Shown here: positions 61,301 through 64,000 of the stretch, in pieces
Position numbering within the stretch: position 1 is the stretch's first letter
Layout: each line of letters opens with the position of its first letter
NCBI GenBank assembly: GCA_010356995.1
Contig: ML996707.1
Coordinates: 372,001 to 436,000, forward strand
Source: Trichodelitschia bisporula
Lineage: Eukaryota
Reading direction: 5' to 3'
DNA: 64,000 bases
Notes under the pieces: model-generated
What the model was told of the DNA's origin: nothing
Databases searched by the model: none
Seen by the model: the letters and a program-made list of their open reading frames with translations, nothing else
Position numbers and translations under genes: made by a program

Positions 61301-62916
61301 GGTCCAAGATTCCTGTGAAGAATTGAGTCCTTTCCCTTATAATTATCTCGAAAAAGGTGTCCAGAGTTAGTTTGGACGGTTCTAGGAGCAGGAAGCGTGC
61401 CAAATCACAAGAGGTTGCCTATAGGCAGGGAATCTAACGGAGCAACTGTGGCGAAGCTTTGACGTTTCTTGTGCTCGCATTTTGCTCCGCCTGGGGAAAA
61501 GGCCAGGACGAGGGTCTGACGACAGCGCGATCGCAGGTCTAACCTTAGACATCTGCCCTATTGCGTGGGTCAGCGAACCTGGTTGTTGGCCTTTCTCCGG
61601 AAAATCTCGAGGTTGTTGGGGCGAACGTCCTATGGTTCCGGGGCCAGCTCCGCAACATCACTTCGTCAGCAAAACGCTCTTCCTCCCTAACTTACTCTCG
61701 AAGTAGTGGTATTGCAAGGTCACACCCTCTCAGTTGTAAACTACGGATGTAGAACTAAGGTCCTTTACTATGCGTTGCGCAACAGGACGATCAGTGCACG
61801 TCGGCCGGCACTTGCCCGCAAGCCTCTTTGCGGGCCGGGGCAGAGGTGCAGTACCTGGTGACCACGGCGGGAGTGAGTCAAATGCGCGAAAGTGAAGGGG
61901 TGCAGCCGTGTGGAAATCCCGGCTTCAGAACGTGCAGGTTTAAAAGCGACATGTTGATGGAGGGATGTCTGGCATGCGCTAGACAAAGAAGGCAAAGGCG
62001 GCCGTGGCCGCAGGCCAGCTCGGACCCGGGCCCGGTGCTATATTTAACTCTGGCTCGGAGCTTGGCGAGTACAAGACCATCGCAAATACCGGGTGTCTGA
62101 TGGGGTTGTATTTTGCAGCATCTTTGTACGGGAGAGAAGATGTCAGAGGGCAACATTCCGTCGCGGTTGTGCGGCAGCGCAATCGGTCCTTTCGGCCGGG
62201 TACCGGTGCATCTTATTATTCGGAGATCCCGAACCCCACGTCCCTACAGACGCTCCACTTTTGTCATTTGTTGCTAGGACTGATCGGTAACAGCACTGCC
62301 CGAAAATAAATGGAAGAGGCGTCGACTCTAAATCATCGCTCGGGCTGGCGCTTTCATCTCACCTACACTATGGGATTCTGCCCCACATCGCGGCAGACGG
62401 CCTGACGGTTGAAGGCTGCCAGAGAGGTGAACAGTGACACTCCCGGGCTTGTTGTATTGGGAACTGGTAAGAGGACGCACATCGCATTCCTACACCTCAT
62501 TAGCTTTGACAAAAGACCTTTGGACTGCTACCAGGATTGCTATGGGGACCTCCTAGGTTCCTGGCAGGTCAACGGCGTGAATAATGTGTAGGTTGAAGCA
62601 GTGGATCACAGCACGGGGAAGGTCGCTTGACTGGCGAAGGGTGCGAGCATACACTCGTACTTTACATCTGCTATTGGCGGTTACAGTCTGCATCGCATGA
62701 TAGAGAGATCCTCCAGTTTGCGTAGGGGGAAATAGATGCTTGTACATAATACATATCTAATGGAGGAGCATCACCGCCGCCTTTTCGGAGCAAAGCGAGG
62801 GTGACAATTAACAAGGGACTTTCAATTCGGCGCACGTAGATGGTACATAGAGGCGCGGCGGTGACAGTAAGCGGTAGATACGATGCATGTATCAGCGACA
62901 TCTATGAGGACGACGA

Positions 62917-62943
62917 CATCGTCATCGTCATCGTCATCGTCAT
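62917..62943 (+). repeat. (CATCGT)4.5 microsatellite
   Basis: catcgtcatcgtcatcgtcatcgtcat. Confidence 0.85.
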
Positions 62944-64000
62944 AATTCCAGATCAGAAGAACACCCGGATAGTAACGGGCGAGTCGGTGGCTGTGGTGGA
63001 TGGTAGTGGTGAATAATATTGATGGACGGTGGTCAAGCCCCCTCTCCCCTGGCAGCGGAGGCGGAGCGGGAAGGAAGGCGCTGTACGGTCTGAACCCCCG
63101 GCCCGGTCCCTCCTACCTTTCGCGTGGGCTGTGGGTCCAGTTGTGCTTTTCCTACTGCGAGGGGTTGGCATATCTGTCAAGCATAACCGGTGACCAGAGG
63201 GAAAGCGCGACTTGAGCGTCAGGTACAGTACAGTACTTGTGCATGTCGTCATTTCGAGTTCTTTACGGATGTACGTACAGAGGCGAAGGTGGAGGACACT
63301 GAGGATTTGATACATCATGGAACAAACTCAGAATATCATGACTTGAAGGAAGTTACATGAAACGACTTCCCTTACCTCGCTATACCATTCAACACAAGGC
63401 GAGCATGTCGCCCTGGCCGTGCTTGATTTCCCCATGCCTCGCGGAGGAGAAGGAACAAAAGTCCTATACCCCTCCCCATGCATTCACCCCTCCTTCCCTA
63501 CCCTAGCGCGCCAAACTGGCAACGCTCTGAGCCTCTATCGAAATCTCCGTTCAGTTCGCCCATCCGTTCAAACAAACACTCTCCCTACAACCCCACCGCC
63601 TTCGCTTGTCTCCGACAGCGCTGAGGTTTTAACTCGGGTCTAATAATCTTCGTTCCCCCACCTTCTCTCTGGCGGTAAACGCAGGCGCGTGGCGGTTCTT
63701 TTCTCGTCTTTTCCCCTTTCTCTTGGGCATGCTGCCCGAATGGCATTTCGATGTCGGTCAGCGGCTTGCTGGACCAGAAGTTACACGCCCGTGGGGCTAT
63801 GCATACGAGAGCTGGCCGGGACACTGGACCACTGAGGCGACTCGAAGTTTGAAGCTTCATGCACGCCAATGTCGTCGAAGCTCTTCAAACCTTCCACCCC
63901 GTCTTCCTAGTCCCCAATGGGCTAAAGTGGCTTTTTTTTCTATTTTCAGGCATCTTCACTTGTTGTTACAACCATGCAATCCCTGACCCTTTACACTCAC

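Overview
Eukaryotic DNA from a filamentous ascomycete, probably a Dothideomycete. That placement is inferred from gene content, short GT-AG introns with CTRAC/CTAAT branch sites and RIP-like lesions. Conserved intron-containing genes occupy much of the window: PBS2 MAPKK, an auxin-efflux-carrier-family transporter, a Kv-beta-type aldo-keto reductase, a cupin protein, eIF2B-gamma, a Pex22-like peroxin, a GABA/amino-acid permease, a GPI-type cupredoxin, CENP-X/MHF2, a MIF-domain protein, SWC5, an amidohydrolase/decarboxylase, CAS1, SSH4 and transportin KAP104. Two accessory regions stand out. (1) At 1-3900 there is a head-to-tail array of four ~1 kb paralogous units. Each encodes an orphan protein with a conserved basic amphipathic N-terminus (MAPxxWxxLKKxAxxLxxK), and three carry an RxxSWAG motif. 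The units share palindromic non-coding motifs and are in different states of decay. (2) At 8.5-17.7 kb there are decayed conflict-type genes: two different PD-(D/E)xK-like nuclease pseudogenes (one with an embedded Gag-like segment), a SesA-like NLR N-terminal relic and an LRR-like fragment. I could not support any tRNA, rRNA or CRISPR feature. All family assignments come from motif recognition by eye, not from database searches.
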